Counted from the first letter of the stretch, positions 19,112 through 34,100 are shown. The stretch is DNA of 64,000 bases from Botryllus schlosseri (GCA_051294905.1 CM119381.1:24986001-25050000); one strand, 5' to 3'. A program made the numbers and translations. The notes: generated by a model from the letters alone, not told the origin.

Positions 19112-22100
19112 GTGAGTTGACTATATTGTCATATCATACGATGCGGCCATAGGTAAACGCGTATAGTAATGGATAATATAGCTCTATACCATGCAGGGGC
19201 GGCCAACCAATTTGCTATTCACGGCCACATTTCGATTACCTATAATGTAGCCTACGGCCGCATTCGAGGACATAGGGGTAATGAACTAACTGGACGCCAA
19301 ATACCCATGCTAAACTGTCCAGTGTCCATGTCCATTTCCGGTAAACTCTGAAGAAATCTATTTGTTCATATTGGTTTATTATTCGCGAGCGGTCATGTTA
19401 TGAATGGTTTCTGGGATTCGTTATGGCCGCGCCAAGCGCCGTAAAGTTTTCAGATTCATGAATGCAGTTCGTCATTAATATTAGTAGTTTCACATATTAC
19501 TATATAATATTTATCATTTCTCAGCCCACGCGATCAGATTCACTGGTAGAGCTGATGGAGGGAGTGTTTCCGAAAATTTAGGGCAAGTTATAAATGACTG
19601 TGCATTAGGGCTGTTCAAAAATAACTTTTTTTTCCTGATTCCAGCCATTCACTGATTAAATTGTCAGGTTGCCACAACAAAGGCTGCACACCAAATTTGG
19701 TTCAATTCGAACATGTCTAAGCGTCCGCAGAGCCAATTAAAATTTTTAATTTAATACGTAAAATTGAAAAAAAAAAATTTCAAATTTTTCTCTCAACCCC
19801 ATGAAAATGTTGAAATGTCTTCAAAGACCATGCAAATGAAATTTGAGTCAATTCCGACCAGTAGAAACGGAGTTATTTGAGTTTTTCGTTGATAATTCTC
19901 GGATTATCCACCAATCAAGGATAATTGGAGAATTATCAACGAAAAACTCCAATAACTCCACTTCTACTAGTCCGAATTGAGTCAAATTTTATTTGCATCG
20001 TCTCTGAAGACAGCTCAACAATTTCATGGGGTTGACAGAAAAATTTGAAAAATTTTTTTTTTCAATTTTCCTGTATAAATTAAAAATTTTAATTGGATCC
20101 GCGGAGCCCTATACTTGTTAGAATTGAACCAAATTTGGTGTGCAGCGTTTTTTAAGGTAACCTGACGATTTAATCACTGAATGGCTGGAATCCGGAAAAA
20201 AAAGTTATTTTTGAACAGCCCTACTGTGCATCTTCGGGCGGGCCAATTGTTATTAGTCACGTTGTTGCATGCTGGTATTTCCTGACCTCAGGATTGTCGG
20301 TAGTGGAAAGATATTATTGGAATCGCCCCAACGTATTAGAAACAAATTTCTTTCGTGAGGAGCACTCGATTCCAAGTTGGTATTTCTATATGGGGTGCAT
20401 CATTTTGTTTTGCTGCTCGCATCTGTGTTGCGGAGCATAGCTTGCAAAGGGCGCTATTCCTACATTAAAATAAAAAAATGAAGTTGCATTGAATCGCGTA
20501 TAGTGCGCGAAGAAAATTTCAAGATTCTTCAAAATCTCTCAAAAATTCGGCAGTCAATTAGTAAATTCAATTTTTATATCGACGGCCGCCAACACATATG
20601 AATTGAATTGCGTGTCGACGACTCCACAAATTTCCCGACGGTCGCAGGTTGGCCACGCCCATTCTATACTGAATCATATATGCGACATTACCCTTCACAT
20701 GGGGATGAATGAGCCCGTGGCCAATCTCATCGTGTGCAAATGGTATATGCATATTGCATAGTGTTAAGATTCGTCAACATATGTTCACACCAGTCGTCGG
20801 CAACTTTTTTGAGAGGCGACCCAACTTAAAGGAAAATGTAACCAGCGATTGCTTACGATGACTCCCATTTTCAAGCCATCACACTCATCACTCAACTATC
20901 TGGTTATGCATGTGCATTGCATTGTGCAATGTGCATTTGCGAATTTCGATAGCGCTTCTCGGTATAGCAGTGCAGACGTCTTACATTTTGAGGCAAAGAT
21001 TTTGTGCTAGTAGATACGTTTGAATTATATCGATTATGGAATCATGCCGTGATTAGCTAATACTACAGCAACGACTGTGTTCGATTACAGTGGCGACTGA
21101 ATTATGTTTAGCTTCCGTTTAGACTCGCTTATAAGTATGAGGTAGGCTAACTTATTCAGTTGGTAAATAACTCATTATATTGCGGTATGATGCTCGCCGA
21201 CCATTAGCAGCCAAGAATTCATGGTGATATTTCATGTGGTCTTCCTGACAGCGAATTTCGACTGTTCGTATATACTTGGTAATTCAGTCGAATTCACACA
21301 CACCCAGCTCGTACGGCATAATAAAGGTAAACAAATGCTGTGTTTATGGCTGTAAGTCTGGATATTTGACAACTGGGAAAAAGGTTTCGTCATTTCGCTT
21401 TATATTTTATGATTTGGAGTTACGAAAAAATGGATATCTTTTGTGAGTAGGCGCGATTGGGAGCCGACTACGAATTCTGTAATTTGTGTTCTACACTTTG
21501 AATCAAAGTACATCAAAGACTTTGACTCGCGAAAAAATTTACGTTGGGACGAAAAACCAGTCCCTTCTATTAGATCCGAGCAGGAGCTGCAGCGGTCTTC
21601 ACTGATCCCGACTGTGACTCCTTGCAGAAAACTACCAAAGCAAAGGGTATTTCAGAAAGATGAGTTGAAAGATTTCCAGCTGGCTGATAAAATATGCAGC
21701 TTATCAGATTTGACGGAGTCCCGCGCTCCAGAAGGCTATACCACGTACAAAAGAGATAATGAATATGTGATTTACTACCACATGGAATTCAATGATTTCC
21801 CAAAAGTCTCAAAAAGCATAAATATTGACAATAATTTGCATGTTAAATTGCAGTGTGATGGAAAGAATGTTCCTCTGCCTCCTTGGTTCACACAAGGCAC
21901 AAATGCTACTCTGACTAAGTTTGGTGCGCTACTTAACTTCCCGAAATATCTCGAAAATGTCCGTAAAAAATCCGACAACAATTTACTGGATGAGTTTCAA
22001 AATCGAATAGATGACAAGCCTGATGGTCACGCTCATATTCCGTATTCATTCGAAATGATTCGTTTTGCGCTCCTACTCCGGAACACATCTGCACAAGCTT

Positions 22101-25100
22101 ATAGAATTCTTACAAGAAGCTTTCCCTTCCCATCAATGTCAACCTTGAGTCGGTGCAGCAAAGGAAGCGTTAGACTCGGTTAAAGTCCTTGGACTTATGA
22201 AAGAAAAGGGCGAGATCTCCACTGATATAATGTTGATGGTAGATGAGATGTACTTACAGAAATGTCACTTATTTAAAGGCATTGTTGTATTGATGGTCCA
22301 TGGTCTTCAAAAATGATGAGTTCTCTTTTCATTACACATCCTGCAAGAACAAAACGAATCTATTTTTTGATGATATACATCTTGTAAAGAACATACGAAA
22401 CAATTTGCTCCGACCAAAGACATTTAATTTCCCACCATTCTCATTCAGCATAAATTCTTCAATAATATCATATCCAGGTGAATTCATTGCATGGAGCGAC
22501 CTTCACAAGATCAGAGAATGTGACGATAAGCTGGATGCGAATTTGCGTAAGGCGCCGAAATTGACATATATGCCTCTTTGCATCCGGGTAATAACAAGCA
22601 AAATGTAAATTTAGCTCTCGCTCCATTCCACGAGTCGACTATTGCAGCTTACAAAAGCTACCTGTATCACAGGGAAGATATGGCATCATTCTTGAGCCTA
22701 ATTAATGCTTGGTGGACAATTGTCAATAGCTGTCACAGATATTCACCCAATCCATTGTCTGATTCAGTTGTCTCACATGTTGGTAAAATCAATTTCCTAC
22801 AGGATTTCGCTAATTGGCTGATCAAATCGAACGGATACAACCCTCAAAATTATTGCCTGTCCAAGCAAACATTCAAAGCTCTGATCGGAACCCTGCAGTC
22901 GCAATCGCTGATTATGGCAGACTTGTTAGCAGGGGGTATGAATATGTGATTCCAAGAAAATTCCAAAGTGGCCCCATTGAAAAAAGGTTCTCGCAGTACA
23001 GGGAAATGAGTGGGGGCGGTTTCTGGTCGGTTTAACAGAAGTTACCAACTCTGAATAGATAATACTGCTCCGTTCCATGTTGAAAATTGACATTATCATT
23101 GTGAACATATCTTACAATAACAAGCAGAAGCTAGTTAATGCCTCTGCGAGAAAAGATGCTATGAAGGACTTTAAAAAGCGGCAGTTGAGCTTGCATACTT
23201 CATTGATGCATTTGATTCACTGAATTTGAGGTCGAAGCTTTGTAACCATAAGCTTGGTGTTCGTTTCTGCGATTAGTTACTTATGAAAACGACTTCAATT
23301 TATTCTTCACATGCTGTAATTGATTTTACCATGCATTAAAATACTTATCATTAGCAAGTTCGTTCCTTACCGCTATACAGCCTATTTGTGTGATTAGTGG
23401 ATAAGTGGATATACTGGATAACTGTATCTTGGACGCTGTCAATTGTAACCTTTGGATAGTACTAATTTCGTCTCTTATAGGGCTTTGCTAGACTTATCTT
23501 AAGGGAGGGATCTGGTTGCGAGAAGCGAAATCGTAAGCAATCGCTGATGTCTGTTTTGCGAACGTCGGCCTCCCCGATATTGCAAGTGGAATGCACCATA
23601 TAAGGCCTCTGTCTTGGCCATCATTAGTTGCAAGCACCTCGTCTCAACCTGTAATCGAATTGTGACTACTAATTTGAAACTACTGTCACAACGATTTAAA
23701 ATGACATAGGATACGACGCCCATGACTGGAAGAAATGACCTGTGTATATTTACCCTGCCAATACGAGTCTATCCGTCCTAACGTACTTTTGATCTTGCCG
23801 CTTGTGAGCTATTTCGGAGATTTCACGAAACCCAAACCCATGGGCCGATGAATTAACTTTATAAGCATAATTGTACTGTACAATCTACATCCCGTAAACG
23901 ATCTATTTCAGTGATGGAAGTGATGAATTTAAATACAACGCATCGCTGGAATCAGAACGTGGAATAGAATGCCAAGTGATTCGCAACCCACCATCTAAGA
24001 GATCATGCCACTTACCACACCGATACGTATGCGATAAGGAATTGGATTGTATCGGAGGTATCATATACATCAGTGCTTATCAACGGGTGAACTGTGTATG
24101 GAACGGCAGACAATAGAGTATGGGTATGGGGAAACTATTTAGCTCCGGGCCGCATTCAACATCTTAATCCCTTCGCGGACCGCACTATACAAAATTAGGA
24201 ATATAAACCAGAACACAAAATTGGTATTTGATTATATCGTGAGGATATGGAAATAATGTATATGTTTATGTAAAACAAACCAACCCCTGATTTGATGATA
24301 TCGTACACGCATCAGAAACATTGGTGAGATTTCATAAGCTGGTTAACCCCGATAACCAATTTTCAAAACTAGGTAAGAAAGTCGGTTGTCCTGATTCTTA
24401 GAACAGGATGGAGATTTGAATTTGTGGATCAGTGATCTGTCTATAGATTTGCTGATTCTAATTTTGGTTCAACTTCTGGACACACAATGCTGGCAGCGTC
24501 ATAGACATGTTAACCACTGAAATATATAGCTTTTTATAAATATAAATACTTCTGCATATAAAGAGAACGAATCTACCAAACACACGCGCGAATTGGGATT
24601 TCAAAGTACAGCACTAAAAGCAATGAACTTGTTGGAGTGAAGTGGCCAATGTAAAATACCACTCGTGATCCAAAAGTCATTCCCGTTTTGACTTTCTGTG
24701 ATGTTTAGTAGTTGAAACCTTTTAAAATGCGTGAGCCTTGACGTCGGGCTATTGCGCCAGCAATGAAATAACAATACACTATAGTAAGAATATAACACAT
24801 AATTTTAGCGATGAAATATAACAAGTAAAAGTTCAATCGAGTCGCTGCAGTAATTAGATTTTTAGTACAGATATTATCAATATTTTCAGTACGTTTCTTA
24901 AGCCCTTCGTGGGCCGCAAAACACGGTGTTGCGGGCCATAGTTTTCCCACCCCTGCAGTAGAGTGTAAAGTAGACGCTAATGAGTACATATTCAGTTATG
25001 AATAATCGAATGCAACAATACAGCAGAGGTGGTCAAAGTAGTCAAGAAAGTTACTCAAGTACGAGTAGAAGTACTTCTTTCATAAGCAACCAAAAACTAC

Positions 25101-28100
25101 TTGAAGTAGAAGTAGAATTGACTGACTTTAAGTTTACTCAAGTAAGTAAGTAGTTGTGAAAACGATCGTATTTCGTTCGCAAGGACTGGCAAAAGCTGCA
25201 AATGGAGCTATGAGGATGGTGTAGATAGCTAAATTCATATTGATGCATCCCAGGAGATGTCAATTTATGACAGAATAAGCAGTCATCCACATCATGGGAT
25301 GTAAATGATAGTATTGATATGGAAATGCGATACTAATCCTTTGTTTACTCGAACACCCCGTTTTAGAGAATATCATGGCATGGCGCCCGTCCTCATATTA
25401 TAAGCAGATGTGGTCAAAGAAGCCAAGAAAGCTACTCAAGCAGAAGTAGAAGTAGCGACGAAAAAATCTACTCAATTGCGAGTAGAAGTACTTTTTCCCA
25501 TCTGAAACTACTTGAAGTAGAAGTAGAATTGACTGACTTCAAATCTATTCAAGTAAGTAAGTAGTTTTGAAAACAGTCTTAATTCGTTCGCTTGGGCTGT
25601 CAAAAGATGCAAATTGAGCTATGCTGATAGTACGGAAAGATTGATTCGTATTGATGCATCCCAGGAGGTATCAATTTTCGACAGAATAAGCATTCTTTCG
25701 CATCATGGGATGCAAATTATAGTATTGATATGAAAATGCGATACTAACCCTTTATTTACCAGAAGACCCCGTTTTAGAGAATATCATGGCATGGCGCCCT
25801 ACCCCATGTTACAAGGCCCCAAGTTCAGGCGAAGAGCTATACGGTGAAGTTGGATCGGAGGCGATTAGTATACGTTAATAACAAATATTGTAGATCGTAA
25901 AATTTACATTTGATGTAGCTTTATTTTCGGAAAATAAAGGCATTACTACACTTTCTGTTATGCTTCAGCATGTATGTTCTGCAGACAAAAGAACTGAAAG
26001 TAATTAGAACTAGGAACTGAAGGTGAAATACAAATACCACTTCTAAAAAGCTGAAAATATATTTAATGTCTTTTGTCCATAAAGCTTCAAATGTGATCGG
26101 CTAAAACAGGTGTAACGTTCAAAAATGCAGGATTTTCCGGATTAGCTAGACACGTCATGGGCTGCTAGATTACGATATGATATGTAATTGCTATTTGCGA
26201 AACGGTAGTTTCAAACGTTATAGGGGACCATACTTTCAGTGATGAAATATTTGATATAGGCGACAATGCGGAGAGAACGGAACCACGCAACCTGGTATTT
26301 AAATTATATTCAGCGATACTTCGTTAAAACATATTTGTCACCCCACATGGATTGTGCGCAAAGCGCAACGAAAATTCTGGGTATTACATGACTTTTATGA
26401 AAATAAAATGTTGGTATACTACGTGAAAACAGTCCCGAAATTCCTTAGGCTATCTTTCTTATTGGGGGATTAAACTATTTCTACTTGGAAAACTGAAAAT
26501 AGCGAAGAGTAAGTAAGTAGTTCACAAAATATTTTGAAGTAGAAGTTGCGAAAAAAGAAGATCTACTTGATTAAATACCAGAAGTAGAGGAAAACTAATT
26601 GAGTACTTCGAAAAAGTAGAATTACTTCGTTACTGACCACCTCTGCAATACAGAACACATATGAAATGTTCCAAGAGTCTCGAACCGTTTCCCATAGCGG
26701 TAAAGAATCGGCTTGTACATAATCTTCGAATGAAAGAGATCCGCGAAGATCGGCAACGAGAAACACTGGAAATTTGACTGTCACTAAAATGTTAAGCGCA
26801 GTCTGGATGGGATAGAAGTTATTGTCAAACAGCAACATTACAAGCGTTAATTTGATCAATATGACATGGTGTCTCGAGAGAATGAAGTGATTAATTACGC
26901 TTTGCCTAATCGGCGATAACAATTACAGCACGAAAGACTGTGATTAGATCCTTTACAGCTTATCATATTTTGCTGTGATAGGCACGGATGAATGTAATTG
27001 CTCCCATACATTTCAATGTGATGGACAATGCATAGTGAAAAGCGGATTTTGTGATGGAGCTCCGAATTGCGACGATCGATCGGATGAGAGGCAGTATCAC
27101 AGGTATAAGGAATTATTTTGAACTCGATAGAGCGGAACATCTCGGTCTTGGTGTACGTTCAATTGAATAGCTGAGTGATAACTGGAATTGAATACGAGTT
27201 TCAACTATGTACAATGTACATAGCCAAGTTCAAATGTTTTACGAATATGTCCAGAATCGGTTACGTCAATTGTGTGAAGACATTACCTGTTACAGGAAAG
27301 AAATAACCCTAAAGAAATTCTACTCGGGTGCGCGCAAATGTACTGCATGTCGAAAATACTTTGTCATGGTGACCTGCAAGGCACACGTATATTGGAACGC
27401 GTTTGTGTAGTGGTCACCTAAAAGAATTGCAGTTACCACGAACACCTGATGCGTGTGTTCGGGTTTGCGACACCGTAGTGAGCGCGCAGCGAATAGTGTC
27501 AAAATAGTTCGATAATAGGTGCATGCCTGAGTGAATAATATCCAGTCAAAAGACGCATACTTACAGTATTTTGAGGAATTTCGAAATTCGAAAGTTCGAA
27601 AGTTTCGATTCGAAACTTTCAATTCGAAAGTTGATATCAATTTACACAGAACAAGCGACGCCGGTTTTCAATGTCCGGTTACGAAGTTGCGGGAGACCAA
27701 TGTATGCGTGCTACCCGACCAGTACGTTTGTGACGGTTACCCTGACTGTGATCACGGAATAGATGAGTGCTTTTGTGATTTCACCTCGGGACAATCTCAC
27801 GGTCGATACGACAGAGAATGTGAGTAATCCATTGATTAGAAGGTACGCTTCATTATAATTACGTCAACACATGACCACTTGACCAGACTTCGACAACTAA
27901 TTCTAGTTGTATAATTAGACTAGTTAGAGCAAAATGTCAGTCACTGCATTCTAATCTAATTTGAAAAATGTTTCATTGCTATAATTCTAATTCCATTCTA
28001 TTTTGTGAAATGTTTCTATGGTCTATAGTTTGAATTCCAATTTAATTTCCGTTTTTTCTGAAAATATAACGGCAGAACGGCATAGTGCGAAACGAGTTAA

Positions 28101-31100
28101 GCTTATACTGTATATGGATTTGTCAATCTCGTACTTATGTGAATGAACTCTAATTGGAAACGGACTGAACTTTTCAAGTTTGCGCGAATTCAAAATTCTA
28201 ATCTTATCTGTAAAAGCTAAAAATCGTATAATTGTCCAGCTCTGCACATGACATATCCAATCATGTAACGGCCAGACGCCCAGACCGTACATATAAATGA
28301 CATAGGCCATACATATAAATGATACGCGACGTATGTGCCGCATTTCAGCACGCTCCAACGGCGAATGCTTCCGATGCGAGGATGACTCCCTGATCATACC
28401 GAAGAGACAGCAATGTGACGGCGTGGTGCACTGTACAGACCTCTCGGACGAATGTTCGATAGAATGTGACAAAAAGAAGGATCACGAATTGCCGGGAGTG
28501 TGTAATTCTCGCTGTACAGGTGTACTGATATTAATAACATCCTATCCCACAAAAAGAGCATTTCTTTAATTTTATCGTGTACAAATACATTTCCCTAAGA
28601 TGAATTTGATTGAAACAGGAGTTATAATACTCTTATTTGATATAGGCATCGAGTGTAATTGTACGGGGAACTTGGTTTGCGCCCCGCCCGGTCACAACAC
28701 CAAGGAGAGATGCCTCAAAGAAACGTCAATTTGTGACAGGAGGTAGGAACAGAATTCGGGTACTATAAACCAGTAGGCTAGTCCCCAACGATTTTGGAGT
28801 CACGGATTCCTGTCAGATAATTTTCCAACTTACGATTTACGAATCCCTAAATTTTCAATATAGTGACCAATACCAATATTACTTTCCCAAAACTACGCAT
28901 TCATAAATAGCCTACTATATAGTCCACGTTGAAAACAATATTGCCATGACGAATTTGACAAGAAAATTTTTCAATTGCAAAATGCAGTCCGAGAACACAA
29001 TCCCTTACGAAGTCTGATGGTGGTGTATTTTATATATGCTCCTCATAGCCATCCGATTCGCCTATACGGTGTCTTAACAAAAGCCCGACGGAAATGGGCT
29101 GTGGTATAAGCTCCAGAATCATCAATACGAACAACAGCTCGGCGGACAACAACCATAGATGGCGGAACACCGTGAATATTTTATGAAATAGCAATGATGT
29201 AACATGCAAGCCAATAATATAGAGAAGCCCGTTTGTTCGTTTGTTGGTGACAGTGCATTGTGTATTGGTACATGCAACATGGGGCGAACAAATAGCACTT
29301 AGCGTTACACAGTCGATCCGCAGTATAGAAAAATATCTGAGACTTGAGACCTATATCTGTCCTAACCAGGGTTGTAACCAAGTCGCAAGGTTCCGAGTCA
29401 CAAGTCATTATGTTCACTGTTCAGTTTTCAGTTCAATCTGGTTCAACTCACTTTTTTCAACTCATGTTGAATGATTTAATGACTCGCATTCAAAATATAA
29501 TAATTTTCCTCAGTCGTAACAGTTTCTGATCTTACTTTCCAACTACCAGGATTGATAGACGAAGTAGCAATAATGGGTAACTTTGCTATTCTTCGAAGTT
29601 ACAATGAAGTGTCTGTCTTGGCCGTCCTAGTCTCGAGTCATACGACTTGGTTCGAGTCACGCACAATGACTCGAGTACAAGTCGAGTCAATCCAATAATT
29701 GACTCGAGTCGAGTCGAGTCATTTTACGCATTTGAAAAAATGACTCGAGTCATTACAACCCTGGTCCTAAAGCAATTGCTCACCAACTTTAGGTGGTTTA
29801 TACTTGGCCGATGTAGCAAAATTAGTATATGGTTTTAGCGTATCACTTGCGCATGTACTTTCGGTTTCAGGTTTGATTGCGCAAATGGGTGGGACGAGAA
29901 TTTTTGTCCAAACGAGGAACAGTTCTTCAAGTGCTATGACAAGAAATTAATTATTCAAAAAACACTGCTATGCGACGGTACGCTTCCCCGATATAGGAAT
30001 GTATAGATTAGTTATCTATGTAGAGGCACACGCCCGTTTCTTTCCATCAGGTATTCCCGACTGTGAAGACAGCTCGGACGAACTGAACTGCGGAAGCCTT
30101 ACCGATTTCATTTGCAATACGTACAGAGTGTTCTTCCCGCATATTACCGGTAACTTTATCAGTATTCGTTGAGTGGTATAAGAAATTAGTCTGTGGTTCC
30201 GGAAGTCCTGTCGAATTGAAAAATAGCGTAGTTTCAGGTACAAGCTGTATGTGTACTGTACATTGCTGTGCAGTGCTGATAAATAGTCTAAGAAAAAATA
30301 TAAACATCACTATCTATATATTCCCAATTGTAATATCATATCGTTCTATTTCTCGGATAGCTCTGCACCGGGGTAACGAACCTTTTTGCAACCACGAGCT
30401 ACTTCTTGGGTACTGATTGAAGCGACGGGCTACCATTTACTAATTGTAATTGAGGATATTTGATATCATTATTTCAAGGGTATATATATTATGTGTGTAT
30501 GTAGGCTATTGTCATTTGTAAGCTGAGGTGGTCAGTAACGAAGTACTTCTACTTTTTGGAAGTACTCAAGTAGTTTTCCTCTACTTATGGTACTTACTCA
30601 AATAGATCTGATTTTCGCTACATCTACTTTTACTTCGTAATATTTTGTGAACTACTTACTTACTTTTCGCTATTTTCAGTTTGTCAAGTAGAAGTAGTTT
30701 AATCCCCCAGTAAGAAAGATAGCCTGAGGAATTTCGGGGATGTTTTCACGGAGTACCAACATTTATTATTCATAAAAGTCAAGTAAAGCCCAGAAATTTT
30801 GTTGCGCTTCGCGCACAGTAGTTATCGAGTGACAGATATGTTTTCACGAAAGTATCGGTGAATATAATTGAGGTAGCGGATTGATTGGTTCCGCTCACAC
30901 CGCATTGTCGCCCATATCGAATATTTCATCACAGTACATATGGCCCAACATAACGTTTGAAACTACCGTTTGGCAATCTAGCAATTACCTATCATATCGT
31001 AATCTAACAGCCCATTACGTGTCTTGTTAATCTGGAAACTCCAGCTTTGTTGAACGTTTCACCTGTTGTAGAAGATCAGTTTTGAAGCTTTATGGACAAA

Positions 31101-34100
31101 AGGCATGAAATATGTTTTCCACTTTTTAAAAGTGGTATTTGTACACTTTCAATGGCGAGTATCATACTTTGAGTTCAAATTACTTTCAATTCTTTTGTCT
31201 GCAGAACATACAAATTGAAGCATAAAAGCAAGTGTAGTAATGCCTCTATTTTACGACAATGAAGCTACACTAGATATAACTTTTACGATCCACAATATTT
31301 GTTATGAACATATACTAATCGCGCAAAAAGATGAAACCGTATCTGATGCAACTTCTACGTACTGCTCTTCGCCTAACCTTAAGGCCTTATGATATGGGGT
31401 AGGGCGCCATGTCACGATATTCTCTAAAACGGGGTCTTCTCGTAAACAAAGCGTTTGTATCCCATGTTCATATCAATACTATACTTTACATCTCATGCTG
31501 AGAGCAAATGCTTATTCTGTCGAACATTGATACCTCCTGGGATGCATCAATACGAATCAAGCTCTCTGTACCTTCCGCATAGCTCAATTCGCAGGTTTTG
31601 ACAGTCCATGCGAACGAATTAAGACTGTTTTTAAAACTACTTACTTACTTGAGTAGATTTAAAGTCTGTCAATTCTACTTCAACTTCGAGTAGTTTTAGG
31701 TGGCTTATTGAAGAAGTACTTCTACCTGCACTTGAGTGGATTTTGTCGTCGCTACTTCGACTTCTACTTGAGTAGCTTTCTTGACTACTTTGACCACCTC
31801 TGTTTGTAAGTAACATGTTAGTGTGATTTAAACAAGAATAGCTATATCAATCAATCTATATATTTAAAAGTTCATTGTAATAATCTGACGAATATTGGTA
31901 AATCTAGGGATGGTGTGAACCTCTGAAAGGTTCAGGTTCGTGTGAACGCGAACCTTTTTGAAAGGTTCTGTGTGAACACGAACGTGAACCTCATGACGTC
32001 ACGTGACGTCATATTGCTAATTCCAACCCTATCTTTCAATGAAGTGATAGCCTATATTAATATACACAATACCTAGCGACGACTCGGGCCACATCATTCC
32101 ACAATGCCGAAGTACATGTTGGCGTTTTAAACGTCGCTAAATGTATCAACTGAGGCAATCAAAGGATATGATACTCCTATAAAATCAATATCTTCCGTCG
32201 CTTTGCCAACAATTTTGATGAGGACTTCCGGGGAATATAAGCTTACGCCTTAACGGTCTGGGCCAGACCGTACAATGTATTCGGCGTCTGAGTATCGCTA
32301 CATTGATATTAAGCTAAGTGTAAAACGGGTTTCTACACTTGTTACCGATATTACCCCATTGTCAAGTTTTACTGCAGTATCCAACACCTCAATCGCAAGG
32401 ATTTGGTTTTAATGATGCAGTAAAGATATGAAGTCAAGATTGACCCCGTACGCCTGCTTGATTTTTTTGCATCAGAAAACGATATCAATATCATCGATTG
32501 GTTGAATAAACATCATTCGCTGACTATATATTTCGCTCGTGACGTTGTGTGATTGCGGGTCTAACTCACAGCAGAGAGTCACTAAATATTCATAAACGGA
32601 AAGCTGGATATTTCGAGCAAACTTTTGTAACAAAGCAAGTAAAACTTTTGAGATTGTCCAGGTGCATGCTCGTTTAGTGTTGATTTTTAATGCTGCCAGC
32701 GCCATGCATAGAGTGGCCCGCAGTGGAAATGCAATAATTTTCAACCAAAGATGTTATAATGAAGTGAAAATTGTAATAAATGAAAAAGGTTCACAGTGCA
32801 GAACCTACCAAGGTTCTGTTGTGAACGCGAACCTCTAAATTTCCGAGGTTCACACACAAAACGCGAACGTGAACCTCACGTTCACACCATCCCTAGTAAA
32901 TACTGCCATTCGATCTATTTTCAGAACCGGCTCGCGGGATACTCATCTGGTCCTCGCGGACTACCTGGGGCCCGCGGGCACCGTATTGGTGACCCCTGCT
33001 CTGGACAATGTTCTGTCAATATGATTACTATGACTAAACTCTTTATCTCTTTATATAGATTGGGACAACAACACGCAGACTGCTTCTGTTCATCCACCTC
33101 CTGGGAGAAGTAAATATATTTCCATTTATATTGTTTAGTCTTTTTGACTAACACATTCTTAACTCAAAGTATGCGTATTAGCACGGGTGTACATTAACAC
33201 CCGTATATCACGGTGATACAAGGGCGTGAATGCTTACTTTTTTCTATAAGAGTGTACTTGTTTGCTTGAATTGGGTAGATGTCTTAGCTCATGGGTACGA
33301 ATACCACCAATTTATCAAACCTTGTATAGGTGCCCTAAGTATTTTGTAACGATGATAATTGCAGACCGTGGCGCGCCAGTACTTGATTTTTGATAAGTGC
33401 CGCTAGACTTCTACAATACTAACAATAACAATTGTCATCAGTTTTTATATGTCATCAGTAGGGCGATTTTTTTGAACTAAAAAAGGAAGTTTTGACCTAA
33501 AAAATAAAAATTGTGACCTTTTTTTACCTTTAAAAACTTAATTTCGACCAAATTTAACCTAACGTATGCAAACTAGGTGTTTTCCCACACAATGATAGAA
33601 TTGCACTACTTATCTACATTTTTTTGGAGCTATCTGACCTTACGAGGTAGTTTGGCCTGAAAACACTTTTTGCCTCGAAAACTGACAAATTTATTACATG
33701 AAAAAACTTTATTTTAACGAAATCTGTCCCTATGAAGAATTCCAGTAGTTACATCACGTATTATGTTAGAAATAATTAATATTTGTTGTAGCACAACGAA
33801 ATATACTTTCCTACGTTCTTGGGTAAAAAGTGTATCTCCTTAATAAGTAGCTTGCCAACAATGGAGAAAGAAAGTTCAACAGCAGCAGTCGTTGGCTGAC
33901 AACACTGAAGTTGTGCGTGCGTACACTTCTGGTGACATACCGTGTTGCTTCATTCTGACAATGGTGTCTACATCACAATTGTTCATCATGCGCTTTTAGA
34001 TGTAAGAACCATGCAATGCCCACGTAATCTTACTTCAGATAGGATATTGCGGTACGCTGAGCAAACACCAAATTAACCTATTTGTTCCACAATGAGCAGA

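Noticed and set aside
23560-23620. Possible right terminus of the P element (cggcctcccc...caccatataaggcct)
   Set aside because: No matching left inverted repeat found upstream of the THAP start, so element boundaries remain undefined.
27380-27480. Cys-containing candidate exon (RHTYIGTRLCSG...CVRVCDTV)
   Set aside because: End phase incompatible with the next exon; exons 27102 and 27650 join directly, as in gene A.
27578-27632. Heat-shock element
   Set aside because: TTC and GAA are adjacent without the 2-nt spacing of alternating nGAAn pentamers.
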